A stretch of 64,000 nt of DNA, taken from NCBI GenBank assembly GCA_964485855.1, contig CAZAKI010000004.1, positions 2,343 through 66,342 on the forward strand, in the 5' to 3' direction. Source of the stretch: an uncultured Syntrophomonadaceae bacterium. Lineage in GTDB: Bacteria > Bacillota > Dethiobacteria > DTU022. Below the pieces are notes generated by a model. The model searched no databases, had not been told where the DNA came from, and saw only the letters and a program-made list of their open reading frames with translations. The position numbers and the translations under genes were made by a program. Below, piece after piece: positions 1 to 9,021 of this stretch (its first letter is position 1; each line of letters begins with the position of its first letter).

Positions 1-75
1 CTCGGCTGCGCCGGTTACCTTATCAACGCCGTCTCGACGCTTGACCGAAGTTCCCACATATTTTAAATCAGCCAT
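1..75 (-). CDS. Molybdenum hydroxylase (xanthine dehydrogenase/CO dehydrogenase family) molybdopterin-binding large subunit, N-terminal fragment; the gene continues beyond the window
   Basis: Reverse-complement of 1-75 reads MADLKYVGTSVKRRDGVDKVTGAAE, the typical N-terminus of CoxL/XdhA-type large subunits. It sits directly downstream of the 2Fe-2S and FAD subunit genes on the same strand. Confidence 0.55.
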   Translation of the reverse strand, partial: MADLKYVGTSVKRRDGVDKVTGAAE

Positions 76-94
76 TTATATTCCTCCTTTCGCC

Positions 95-562
95 TTATTT
101 TTTCGTAGAGGCCTTGATAGCCTCCCTGATTTCCTGGTATGCACCGCAACGGCAAAGATTGCCGCTAAGTGCCTCATTGATATCTTGATCAGTCGGGTTT
201 GGCTTACGCTGCAGTAAAGCTTTACTGGCCATGATCATGCCCGGGGTGCAGTAACCGCATTGAAAAGCGGCATGATCGATAAAAGCTTGCTGCAGTTTGT
301 CAAGTTCACCATTTTTTGAAAGCCCTTCAATGGTAGTAAGTTCCTTGCCATCCAATTCAACAGCTAAAACCAAGCAGCTGTTTACCGGTTTGCCATCAAG
401 CAAAACGGTACAAGCACCGCACTCGCCAATTTCGCAACCTTCTTTTGTTCCTTTTAAATTCAGTTCTTCACGGATAAATTTTAGCAAAGTCTGACCAACT
501 ATTGCTTCCCTGGTTTCACGATCTCCGTTTACTGTAAAGTTTATGGTTATTTTTTTTGTCAT
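95..562 (-). CDS. Molybdenum hydroxylase small subunit, [2Fe-2S] ferredoxin-type (CoxS/XdhC-like)
   Basis: 157-aa ORF with the CGxCxxC...C and QCGYCTPG motifs of the 2Fe-2S subunit. The track start at 568 is a GTG; the ATG at 562 follows GGGGGTG at a 5-nt spacer. Confidence 0.85.
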   Translation of the reverse strand: MTKKITINFTVNGDRETREAIVGQTLLKFIREELNLKGTKEGCEIGECGACTVLLDGKPVNSCLVLAVELDGKELTTIEGLSKNGELDKLQQAFIDHAAFQCGYCTPGMIMASKALLQRKPNPTDQDINEALSGNLCRCGAYQEIREAIKASTKK

Positions 563-564
563 CT

Positions 565-1395
565 TCACACCCCCATCGTCTGTTCCAATCCACGACGGAT
601 TAGAACTTCGGCAATATGGTAGCGGTATTCACGCGAGCCTCTTAAGTCAGTAATCGGTGATATATCTTCATGGACTAGACTTGCAGCCTTAGCCCAGTCT
701 TTTTCGCCACCTTCATTAATTGCTTTTTCAACCTGCAGAGCCCTTACCGGGGTCGGAGCAACAGCTCCTACCGCAATACGAACCCGATCGCCCCAACTTT
801 GGACTGCCACCCCAACGGTTGAAAGGTCAACCGATCCGGTTCGGGAGGCCTTAATATAGGTTCCTTTTCCCTGAGGGTAGGGCTTAGGTATTAATACAGA
901 ATGCACCAATTCGCCCTTCTTGAGAGCTGTCTTTCCCGGTCCGATAAAGAATTCTTCAATCGGCATTGATCTTTTTTGTTCCGGCCCAACCAGGTTGATC
1001 ACAGCAGCCAAGCTATAGAGCGGTGCTGCAGTATCGGCAGCTGGAGATGCATTACAGATATTGCCGGCTAAGGTTGCCCGGTTGCGAATAGCATAGCTGC
1101 CAACACTGTGGGCTCCTTCAGCCAGAGGCGCAGCATGCTTGATAATCGGTTCAAATAGAGCCACTTGATTGAGAGTAACCGCAGCGCCAATCGTAATGCC
1201 GGCATCATCTTCCTTCAAAACCTGCAGCTCTTCAAGCCCCTTTATATCAACCAGTAAACGGGGGGCAAATTTGCCACCGCGCATACCTACCATCAGGTCT
1301 GTGCCTCCCGCCAGCGGAAAAACCTGTTCGCCACTTTTAAGTTGTTCGAAGGCCTGTTTTAGATTCTCACACTTTACATAGTCGTAAGTAAGCAT
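565..1395 (-). CDS. Molybdenum hydroxylase FAD-binding medium subunit (CoxM/XdhB-like)
   Basis: 276-aa ORF with the FAD-binding PCMH-type domain signature (AGGTDL...). A GGAGGTG Shine-Dalgarno lies 10 nt upstream. Its stop abuts the start of the small-subunit gene. Confidence 0.85.
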   Translation of the reverse strand: MLTYDYVKCENLKQAFEQLKSGEQVFPLAGGTDLMVGMRGGKFAPRLLVDIKGLEELQVLKEDDAGITIGAAVTLNQVALFEPIIKHAAPLAEGAHSVGSYAIRNRATLAGNICNASPAADTAAPLYSLAAVINLVGPEQKRSMPIEEFFIGPGKTALKKGELVHSVLIPKPYPQGKGTYIKASRTGSVDLSTVGVAVQSWGDRVRIAVGAVAPTPVRALQVEKAINEGGEKDWAKAASLVHEDISPITDLRGSREYRYHIAEVLIRRGLEQTMGV

Positions 1396-1437
1396 TTGAC
1401 TGGATCACCTCCATTTAAAATATTTACTTAATTACTA

Positions 1438-2739
1438 TTATTTAGCCAGCTCTTTCAGTGCTGCAACAAATATTTCCATCGGCGGTTTAACAATACCGGC
1501 CCCAACCTGCCCGACCCCGGCATCTTTATGCGCTATACCGGTATTAATACGCGGAACAATTCCTTTTTCCACTACCTTGCGGACATCGATACCAGTCGGG
1601 GTTCCTTTGAAGTCCATGGCGGGGATGTTGAAGTTATTATTTTCCGCCACTGTAATCTCATACATTTCATTGGTTGCTTCAAAAGCATCGGCTGGCGAGC
1701 CACCGATAAAGTTGACAATCGCCGGTGCTGCAGCCATGGCGAAGCCACCGATACCAACCGTTTCAGTAATAACACTGTCCCCGATATCGGGATTGGCATC
1801 GGAAGCCTTGAAGCCTGAGAAGTAAAGCCCGTCGGGGACATTGGCCGGTGCAGTAAACCATTTATCGCCGGTGCTGCTAACCCTGATGCCAAAGTCGGTT
1901 CCGTTGCGGGCCAAGGTAGTAACAACAGTTGAATGCTCAATACCATGGGCAGCCAGAGCCATGCTCTTACAGGCTGCCATAATGGCATTTAGCGAAGTCA
2001 AATCATTACTGTGCATAAAAGCAAGAACTTCAGCAGCAGCAGTTGCCTTACCATCCTTAAAGTATTCAGACACGTTTGAAAGATCGAGGCGCGGCGCATC
2101 GTAATCTTTTTTCTTACCCCATTCGGTTTCAACTATAAACGGAGCAATACTGCGAATGAAAAGAGAGGTTGTTGCCCGATTCCGATTATGGCCATCGTCA
2201 CCCATATGCAAGGCTTGAGCGATGATTGACTTAATATCGATTCCCTTAGCCAAATGTACAGCTTCTTTGATCACCGATGCATAGACTTCATCCAACCACT
2301 TTAAGCGGTTCAGGACCGATTCATCATATGCCCCGTAGCGCAAAACTTTGCCATATCCTTCATTCATATTTGAGTAAGTAAAACCGCCCCACTCCTTGTC
2401 TTCAAGAATGAAAACCATTTGTGAGGGCGTGGTTACTCCGGCCATCGGACCTACGGTGTTGTAGTGATGACAGGGCGCAAATTCAATATCACCTGAAGCT
2501 GCCAGTTTTTCTGCTTCTTCACGGTTTTTAGCTTTTCCTTCATAAATGAGGCCGCCGATAATCGCTCCTTTCAGCGGACCACTCATCCTGTCCCAGGTGA
2601 TTGGCGGTCCGGCATGGAGAAAAAGGTTTTCCTTCATCCCGGGAATAACATCCTTGGCTCGTCCGACATCAACCCAAACTGGACGGGAAAGCATCATCCT
2701 TTTTACTGCTTCCTGATTTGCTTGATCAATCTTACTCAT
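1438..2739 (-). CDS. DUF1116 family protein (YlbE/AllG-like)
   Basis: 433 aa, the size of a full-length YlbE. It has a GGAGGTG Shine-Dalgarno and lies between an fdrA-like gene and the Mo-hydroxylase genes on the same strand. Confidence 0.75.
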   Translation of the reverse strand: MSKIDQANQEAVKRMMLSRPVWVDVGRAKDVIPGMKENLFLHAGPPITWDRMSGPLKGAIIGGLIYEGKAKNREEAEKLAASGDIEFAPCHHYNTVGPMAGVTTPSQMVFILEDKEWGGFTYSNMNEGYGKVLRYGAYDESVLNRLKWLDEVYASVIKEAVHLAKGIDIKSIIAQALHMGDDGHNRNRATTSLFIRSIAPFIVETEWGKKKDYDAPRLDLSNVSEYFKDGKATAAAEVLAFMHSNDLTSLNAIMAACKSMALAAHGIEHSTVVTTLARNGTDFGIRVSSTGDKWFTAPANVPDGLYFSGFKASDANPDIGDSVITETVGIGGFAMAAAPAIVNFIGGSPADAFEATNEMYEITVAENNNFNIPAMDFKGTPTGIDVRKVVEKGIVPRINTGIAHKDAGVGQVGAGIVKPPMEIFVAALKELAK

Positions 2740-2760
2740 AAAAATTACACCTCCGCAAGA

Positions 2761-2928
2761 TTATTTTAATTTATCCAGCAAGCTGAGCAGATCATCATTA
2801 CCCATAGCGGGCGGCTGCCAGCGTACATGCATAACCGGTGTTTCTCTTTCTTTCAAAGTTTCGGCAAACCCTTCTAATCCCATATTTATAATTTTCAATT
2901 CGCTTCTAAAAAGCTTCTCCACTTGCAT
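2761..2928 (-). CDS. Small hypothetical protein, 55 aa (MQVEKLFRSELKIINMGLEGFAETLKERETPVMHVRWQPPAMGNDDLLSLLDKLK); absent from the ORF track
   Basis: ATG preceded by GGAGG (gattGGAGGtcgATG). It exactly fills the gap between the fdrA stop and the DUF1116 start on the same strand. Confidence 0.4.
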   Translation of the reverse strand: MQVEKLFRSELKIINMGLEGFAETLKERETPVMHVRWQPPAMGNDDLLSLLDKLK

Positions 2929-2999
2929 CGACCTCCAATCGGAACAGTAGTTGTGAGTAATAATATTTTAAGCTATTTTCTTCCATCAGCACCAACGTT

Positions 3000-4544
3000 T
3001 CAAGAAAGTAAGGCGCCAATAAATGATACAGCATCGGCATTGCTGGGGAATACTAATACGCCTGCTTTTTCCAACTTGGCAACCTGTTTGTCACGTTGCT
3101 GCGGATCGGCATCAGTTCCACATACTGAAGTAACAAAGATAATCTGTCGATTCTCTTTGGCAGCAATTGATTGTGCTTCATGAATTGCTTCCAATGCTGA
3201 GCCAGCCGGATCAGGGTGGGCATTATAGCCAAGCACTAGGTCGATCATGATTACTGCTGTTTTAGGATCTTTTGCCTCATTGATGATCCTGCTGTTTCTC
3301 AGCGCCGGATCAATCATCGGGTGCAGACGCCCCTGGGTAAATTCATCTTCCCCAAAATCAATAACCGTATGTTTGACACTCTTGTAAACGTCAGCGATTT
3401 TCTCTGCCTGTTTATAACTTAAATTCGTATAGATTGGCTTAACTTGATCCTGTAGCATAATTAGAGCTTCGTACGCCAGGGTTCCGCCAGAATAAAGCGC
3501 TCTTAAGTATTTTTGTTTTTCTGTGAGCTTATTTTTGACCTTAGCCGCCAAATCACTATAGTCTTTAACTACTCCTTCCGTCTCTGCCTGCTTGCCGCGA
3601 GAAAGGCTTACAGCCAAATAAGCTGCTTCCTTCAAGGTGGCGGCAGGGATGCAGCCTGCACTGCGAACCTGTTCAAGATCACCGCCTAAAAAGTTTACGA
3701 CAATCGGCTTATCACTTTTTTCGGCAACAGCCAACACCTTTTCCGTAACCGCCGCATCAGGTGGTTTGGAGACAATAACCACAACTTTTGTTTGATCGTC
3801 TTCCAGGAGGGCTTTCAAACCCATGAGCATACTTATCCCGCCGACTGCTTCCTTGACATCCCGACCACCGGTACCAATTCCCTGACTGATCCCTTCACCC
3901 AGGTTATTGATCAGGGTCGATACCTCCTGCAGTCCGGTTCCGGCTGCAGCAACAATGCCAATTTCGCCTTGCTTTACCTCATTGGCAAAAGCCAGCGGCA
4001 CTCCATTAATAATGGCTGTTCCGCAGTCCGGTCCCATGACCAACAAACCCTTTTCCTCGGCTTTCTTCTTCAGGGAAATTTCCGTTTCCAGGGTAACGTT
4101 ATCACTAAAAATCATCACGTTTAGCCCGGCATCAAGAATTTGGTGTACTTCCCTTTCAACATAACGGCCGGGGATTGATATCAGGGCCATGTTTGCACCT
4201 GGAAAATTCTTAAGAGCCGTTTCAAAGGTACGCGGAACAAATTCGCCAAGCAGATTCTCTCTTTCCACTGATTTATTCAATTCATCCAAAGCTGACTGAA
4301 TTGCTTTTTCTGCTTTTTCCTCATTTTCAGCCTTCACTGCAATAATCAGATCATTGGAACCGGCACCCTTTTCTACCTCTTCACTCCATAACCCACCGGA
4401 TTGTAAAAATTTCTTATTATGATCGGTCCCGATGATTACTTCAGCTTCAATCACACCATCAAAATTTCTGACTGTGTTTGATAAGCGCATTAGGTAAACC
4501 GAATCACGAAATGTGTTTTTTGAAATATAACTTTTTAGAATCAA
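3000..4544 (-). CDS. fdrA: FdrA-like protein (succinyl-CoA-synthetase-alpha-like CoA-binding/ligase domains; AllF-like)
   Basis: 514-517 aa with the NAD/CoA-binding Rossmann and CoA-ligase domain pattern of FdrA. The track start at 4553 is a TTG that directly abuts GGAGG (0-nt spacer). The TTG three codons in has a 9-nt spacer and is the preferred start. Confidence 0.75.
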   Translation of the reverse strand: MILKSYISKNTFRDSVYLMRLSNTVRNFDGVIEAEVIIGTDHNKKFLQSGGLWSEEVEKGAGSNDLIIAVKAENEEKAEKAIQSALDELNKSVERENLLGEFVPRTFETALKNFPGANMALISIPGRYVEREVHQILDAGLNVMIFSDNVTLETEISLKKKAEEKGLLVMGPDCGTAIINGVPLAFANEVKQGEIGIVAAAGTGLQEVSTLINNLGEGISQGIGTGGRDVKEAVGGISMLMGLKALLEDDQTKVVVIVSKPPDAAVTEKVLAVAEKSDKPIVVNFLGGDLEQVRSAGCIPAATLKEAAYLAVSLSRGKQAETEGVVKDYSDLAAKVKNKLTEKQKYLRALYSGGTLAYEALIMLQDQVKPIYTNLSYKQAEKIADVYKSVKHTVIDFGEDEFTQGRLHPMIDPALRNSRIINEAKDPKTAVIMIDLVLGYNAHPDPAGSALEAIHEAQSIAAKENRQIIFVTSVCGTDADPQQRDKQVAKLEKAGVLVFPSNADAVSFIGALLS

Positions 4545-4618
4545 ATAAAACAACCTCCTACTTCATTTATAATTTTTATTGGCCAGAGGAATTTTGCATA
4601 ATTATTTTAGATTTGCTT

Positions 4619-4648
4619 TGACATTTTTAAAAATTAAACATTTATAAG
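4619..4648 (+). promoter_or_regulatory. Candidate sigma-A promoter for the pucR-like gene (TTGACA, 17 nt, TTTATA)
   Basis: TTGACA tttttaaaaattaaaca TTTATAAG sits in the AT-rich divergent intergenic region. A second TTGACA at 4712 (the TTG taken as the ORF-track start) is also a -35-like hexamer, not a start. Confidence 0.35.
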
Positions 4649-4777
4649 CGATTTCCTTTAGATTATATCACTAAATTTTAAAATGTCCTTTGTAATTATA
4701 CTACAAATTAATTGACAAGGTTCTTATTTTCTTGCTATTCTGAAGGTAAAGTTGGTTCCCTTGGGGGGAGAGCAGGC

Positions 4778-6466
4778 ATGCAAAAACAATATGGTATTAC
4801 GGTTAAAGATGCTTTATCGTTGGATGTCGTTAATCGTCTAAAGGTCGTTGGTGGCAAAAACGGTCTTGATCGGGTTATCAAGCTGGTCAACGTGATTGAA
4901 GTGCCCGATATTATGGACTGGTTAATCGACGGAGAGTTTTTGCTGACAACCGGTTATTCTTTTCGGGAGTACCCGGAACTGATGCAATCATTAATCCCAC
5001 GGATGAGTGAGGCAGACAGTGCCGCTTTAGCCATTAAAACCAAACGCTATCTAAACGAAATACCCGACGAGATTATTACCAGTGCCAATCAGTATAAAAT
5101 TCCCCTGCTTGAAGTGCCATATGATCTATCTTTCTCCGAAATAATTGCCCCCATCTTAGGCGTTGTTTTTAGCAAGCAGAATAAAATATTACAAAAACTG
5201 GAGCAAGCTCATAAAAAGCTGATGGACTTAGCGTTAAACGGGAGCCCCCTGGAAGAGCTGTGTAAGGAAACCGGAAAACTCATTGCAAACCCCGTTGCGA
5301 TTGTTGATCGGGAAGGTTTTATCATCGTCAATGACGACTGTCCTGATAAATATAAATTCGAGCTCTTTTTTTCCGACGGCAGCATCGAGATCAAAAAAGA
5401 AAAATTGCGCTTCGGTAACATCAAAGAGGTAAAATATTCTCTTGAATATGCCGCTGAAAAAAATGCCCCGCCGACGATTAAAGCCCTGCGCATTCCAATC
5501 ATTGCTGACAAGTACCAGTTCGGCCACATGGTGGCTATTGTCAACAATCCTGTATTTGAACCTGACATCTTAACGATGGAAAGGGCGGCAACGATCGCCG
5601 CCCTGGAATTTACGAAACGCAAGGCCATCCGTGAAATTGAAAAAAGTTACTATAATGACTTTCTTGAAATACTACTTTCGTGTGATTTTGAAAGCAGCAG
5701 CGAAATAATCAACCGCGGCCGGGTTTTCAACATCAACCTTGAGCTGCCGACAGCCGTAATCCTCATAAACGACAGCAGCTTCGATCAAATTGCTGAAATA
5801 AAGCAGTACATTAATATTAATGGCACCCGCTCCAAGGAAGGCCTGTTGAAATTGATCAATACTTTTTTTGCCCAGGAAAAAATCGAAAACTTTATTGCCG
5901 GTATTAAAGGTAACAATATTGTCATCGTTGGCAGCACACCTGACGACAACGCCAATGCTAACTTAAAAGATATAGTTACTGAACTGGCAGCTTATTTAAA
6001 AAACTCTCTCAGTCCGTCAAAAACATTAAATATCGGCGTCGGCCGCAACTACTCTGATTTGCGTCAGATCAATCGTAGCTTTGAAGAGGCCCGTGAATCA
6101 CTGCGCATTGCCCAGTTGGCAGATCAAAACCAGGTTGTTTTTTTTGATAATCTTGGATTTTATAAAATTCTCAGTGAAAAGAATCGCGGAGATCTGGACA
6201 GCTTTGTTCAAGAATTGTTAAAGCCGGTTTTCGATTACGATCAAACCCGTAAAGGGGAACTGATAAAAACTTTGGAAACTTATTATGAGACAAACCGCAA
6301 TTTAAAGATGACCTCAACTAAACTTTTTACTCACTACAATACCGTATTATATCGAATTAAAAAAATTGAAGAGCTAACTGGTTTATGTTTTGACAACCCC
6401 GAAGATGTTTTGAACCTTGAAATAGCAGTCAATATCCTGAAGCTCTTTCGCAGCCAAAAGGTTTGA
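4778..6466 (+). CDS. PucR/CdaR-family transcriptional regulator (purine catabolism regulator-like)
   Basis: C-terminal PucR-type HTH (…TSTKLFTHYNTVLYRIKKIEELTG…) and a GGDEF-like middle domain. The real start is probably the ATG at 4778, after GGGGGGAGAG. The track start at 4712 lies within a -35-like hexamer. Confidence 0.8.
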   Translation: MQKQYGITVKDALSLDVVNRLKVVGGKNGLDRVIKLVNVIEVPDIMDWLIDGEFLLTTGYSFREYPELMQSLIPRMSEADSAALAIKTKRYLNEIPDEIITSANQYKIPLLEVPYDLSFSEIIAPILGVVFSKQNKILQKLEQAHKKLMDLALNGSPLEELCKETGKLIANPVAIVDREGFIIVNDDCPDKYKFELFFSDGSIEIKKEKLRFGNIKEVKYSLEYAAEKNAPPTIKALRIPIIADKYQFGHMVAIVNNPVFEPDILTMERAATIAALEFTKRKAIREIEKSYYNDFLEILLSCDFESSSEIINRGRVFNINLELPTAVILINDSSFDQIAEIKQYININGTRSKEGLLKLINTFFAQEKIENFIAGIKGNNIVIVGSTPDDNANANLKDIVTELAAYLKNSLSPSKTLNIGVGRNYSDLRQINRSFEEARESLRIAQLADQNQVVFFDNLGFYKILSEKNRGDLDSFVQELLKPVFDYDQTRKGELIKTLETYYETNRNLKMTSTKLFTHYNTVLYRIKKIEELTGLCFDNPEDVLNLEIAVNILKLFRSQKV

Positions 6467-6491
6467 TCGAAAGCTAGAGCTATAAGAATTC

Positions 6492-6526
6492 AAAAAGGGG
6501 CCGGTATAAATTCCGGCCCCTTTTTA
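6492..6526. terminator. Bidirectional rho-independent terminator between pucR-like and the permease gene
   Basis: aaaaa GGGGCCGG tataaat TCCGGCCCC ttttt: a perfect GC-rich stem flanked by an A-run and a T-run. Confidence 0.8.
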
Positions 6527-6546
6527 CTAAAGCGGCTAAGCAGTTA

Positions 6547-7914
6547 TTACTGCTTTTTCTCTCCATACATATGCAATCCGCGTTCTTCCTCAGTTCCCGG
6601 TACAATATTATCGAGAATCAGACCAAGAATCGCGGTTACAGCCATACCGGTTGAACCGATTGAAACTACAATGTTGGACAGCCATTGCGGTTCAAAGGAG
6701 ACTCCGGCTGTCTGGAAGTAGTACGGCAAGCTCAGACCCATAAACAGAATAAAACCAATGATCATCTGGTTACGCATTGAATGCATATCTGCTTTAGCCG
6801 AGTTGCTGAGACCGATTGCAGCAATCATCCCAAAGAGGGTGCAGTATAAGCCACCGACGATGGCTCCGGGAATGGTTGCCACCAATCCTCCAAACTTGCC
6901 GATGATCCCCATCAGAATCAAAATTACAACTCCTACGTTAACCACGTAGCGGCTGGCCACTTTGGTCAGACCAACAAGACCGATATTCTCGGTATAGCTG
7001 GTACTGGCCAGACCACCAAAAAGAGCACCGACAAAGCAACCAAGACCTTCCATCCCGATACCACGGCTGATCTGCTTGTCGGTAAGGGGTGGTCCTTCTG
7101 CCGCTTCGTTAATGGCGTGATAGTCGCCGTAGGATTCGATCATCGAGGCCAGGTAGCCGGCTAGGATGATCAGGACAAAGCCGAACTCAAACTTCGGCAT
7201 ACCCCAGGGCAAAACCCAGCCACCGGGACCCCAGGGCAAACGAATCCATGGTGCATTTCGAACCGCATCGAAGCTGACTTCCCCTAAAACCAATCCCAAC
7301 AGGTAAGCAACAATAATCGCCAGCAAAATTGGGAAGAGGGCAAAGAACGGCTTTTTCGGCCCCAAAATCAGGGAGAAAATAAAGGCAAAAACAATCACCG
7401 TAATCGCCAGCCACCAGTTGGCAGCGGCCATTGGGGCACCGGCCTGGTAGAGCGCCAAACCGATCATGGCGATAACCGGGCCGATAACAACCGGGCTGAC
7501 AAACCGCTGCAGTTTACCGATTAAACCGGTGAATCCAACGATCATTTCGACGATCGCGCCAAGTAAAATCGCACCGGCAATATACTGCATCGACATTTCC
7601 ATTCCACCGGCAATAGTCAAGCCGATAATCGCGAAAAACGGTCCTAAAAATGAGAACGATACACCCTGAATAATCGGCAAACGGGTTCCAAAGTTAACCT
7701 GGAAAAAGGTTGCAATACCGGAAGCAAGCATAACAGAGGCAACCAAAATGGCAATTTGCTCCGGTGTCGCACCGAGTGCCGGCGCGATAATCAACGGGAC
7801 TGAAACAGTAGCGCCGAACATGGTCAGTACATGCTGAATACCCAGACCAACAGACCTGGTAAATGGCTTCGGTACCTCGTCCAGCGTGTAAACCATACTT
7901 CTTTCCTCACTCAT
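6547..7914 (-). CDS. NCS2-family nucleobase:cation symporter (xanthine/uracil/uric acid permease-like)
   Basis: 455 aa with about 12 TM segments and NCS2 motifs. A strong Shine-Dalgarno AAGGAGG precedes the ATG. Confidence 0.85.
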   Translation of the reverse strand: MSEERSMVYTLDEVPKPFTRSVGLGIQHVLTMFGATVSVPLIIAPALGATPEQIAILVASVMLASGIATFFQVNFGTRLPIIQGVSFSFLGPFFAIIGLTIAGGMEMSMQYIAGAILLGAIVEMIVGFTGLIGKLQRFVSPVVIGPVIAMIGLALYQAGAPMAAANWWLAITVIVFAFIFSLILGPKKPFFALFPILLAIIVAYLLGLVLGEVSFDAVRNAPWIRLPWGPGGWVLPWGMPKFEFGFVLIILAGYLASMIESYGDYHAINEAAEGPPLTDKQISRGIGMEGLGCFVGALFGGLASTSYTENIGLVGLTKVASRYVVNVGVVILILMGIIGKFGGLVATIPGAIVGGLYCTLFGMIAAIGLSNSAKADMHSMRNQMIIGFILFMGLSLPYYFQTAGVSFEPQWLSNIVVSIGSTGMAVTAILGLILDNIVPGTEEERGLHMYGEKKQ

Positions 7915-8132
7915 TCGTTAAACCTCCTTAAAGAATATTAATAAAACCACGCGCAAAAAGATTCGGTCAATCACCTCCTCCAACTAATTTCGCATATTCA
8001 GAAAGCAAGCTATTGATTTCGATTAAAATATAAAATTTAGGGAATACTATTTTTTCTCAATATTATTAAATTCAATACCTCGCAGTAAATACCTTTATTA
8101 CAGTATAATAATTTTTATGCAACATTTTTGTT

Positions 8133-8828
8133 TTACCTACACAAAATGCTGTTTTCAGCAAAAAGGTTTAAAGCATAGGTTATGGCAATGGCCAGATCAG
8201 AGCCGGTGCTTGAACCAATCTTCAGCAACCGGTGTAAATGTTCTTCAGCGCAATGTCCTTCGTTAAGTGCTTCCAGGTAGGAACCGACCACCGCAGGTGT
8301 AAGGCCGCGCTTGCCTATTTCCAGCATATGTTGACCAAACAATCCTGTTTCAAAAGGCATTTCAAGTTGAGACAAGTTAAATGACTGCTTGACTCTCCTG
8401 CCATTCACCAAGGCACTATAGGCTATAAATACTCCGTGAATCAGGTCATCGCCGGTTGGCGTCAAGCCGTGTCCCATCCCAGAAATATTTCGACAACTTT
8501 TAATTAATTCCTGCCTCTTTTGATCAATCAAAGCATTGATCAGATCCGGAATATTTTTTTTGATCGCATTCCTGAAGTATTCTTCACCGCCAGGTCTATT
8601 CAGCAGTACAGCTGCAGGAGTATGTAGTTCAATACTTTTTAGGAGACTCAAGTAAAAATTCAGAGCTTTGACAACTTTGGGATCGGTCAGATAGCTAGTA
8701 AACACCGGGGCAAAGGAAATTAACATTTCCCTGCCCCGGTTGATACTCATAGCCGCTTCAGCAGGCTTAAATTTAATCTGTCCAGCTGCGTAAATACCTT
8801 CTGTGCCCACTTTAAGAGCTGCTTTCAA
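8133..8828 (-). CDS. DUF2877 family protein (YlbF/AllH-like); conserved sequence continues upstream to about 9020 without a canonical start
   Basis: The track ORF starts at a TTG. The same frame is open for a further 66 codons, up to a TGA at 9027-9029. That stretch encodes plausible DUF2877 N-terminal sequence (…LSLLSVYDHVFNLAVE…) but contains no ATG/GTG/TTG. Confidence 0.6.
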   Translation of the reverse strand: MKAALKVGTEGIYAAGQIKFKPAEAAMSINRGREMLISFAPVFTSYLTDPKVVKALNFYLSLLKSIELHTPAAVLLNRPGGEEYFRNAIKKNIPDLINALIDQKRQELIKSCRNISGMGHGLTPTGDDLIHGVFIAYSALVNGRRVKQSFNLSQLEMPFETGLFGQHMLEIGKRGLTPAVVGSYLEALNEGHCAEEHLHRLLKIGSSTGSDLAIAITYALNLFAENSILCR

Positions 8829-9021
8829 CCGGCACCAGTCGCGATTGGCAATGCCGATCGTTGCCGGTCCCTTTTCAAACTGTTGATCAGCAATAAAAAG
8901 CAGATGTTTCCAGCTTTCAACTGCGAGATTGAAGACATGATCATATACAGAAAGTAGACTTAGCCGGTAGGTGCCAGCATAGGAATCAAGATCAGCGGCA
9001 GACCAGATCGTTTCAATCGTC

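Noticed and set aside
1528-2104. Several antisense or alternate-frame ORFs inside the DUF1116 gene (1528-1818, 1572-1988, 1577-1825, 1841-2104), plus similar nested ORFs throughout (e.g. 5209-5628, 9152-9481, 11412-11918, 22490-22899)
   Set aside because: They are fully embedded in strongly supported genes on the opposite strand or frame, with no Shine-Dalgarno and no domain signatures. They are typical GC-skew artefacts.
4712-4777. Track start of the PucR-like ORF at 4712
   Set aside because: This TTG is the first three bases of a TTGACA -35-like hexamer with no Shine-Dalgarno. The ATG at 4778 follows GGGGGGAGAG.
7915-8132. Possible purine (guanine/xanthine) riboswitch in the leader of the nucleobase permease
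   Set aside because: The 218-nt leader was read on the minus strand and lacks the conserved P1/J2-3 cores (UAUA…CGUGGAUAUGGCACGC…CCGUAAAUG…). It appears to be just an AT-rich promoter region with an AAGGAGG Shine-Dalgarno.
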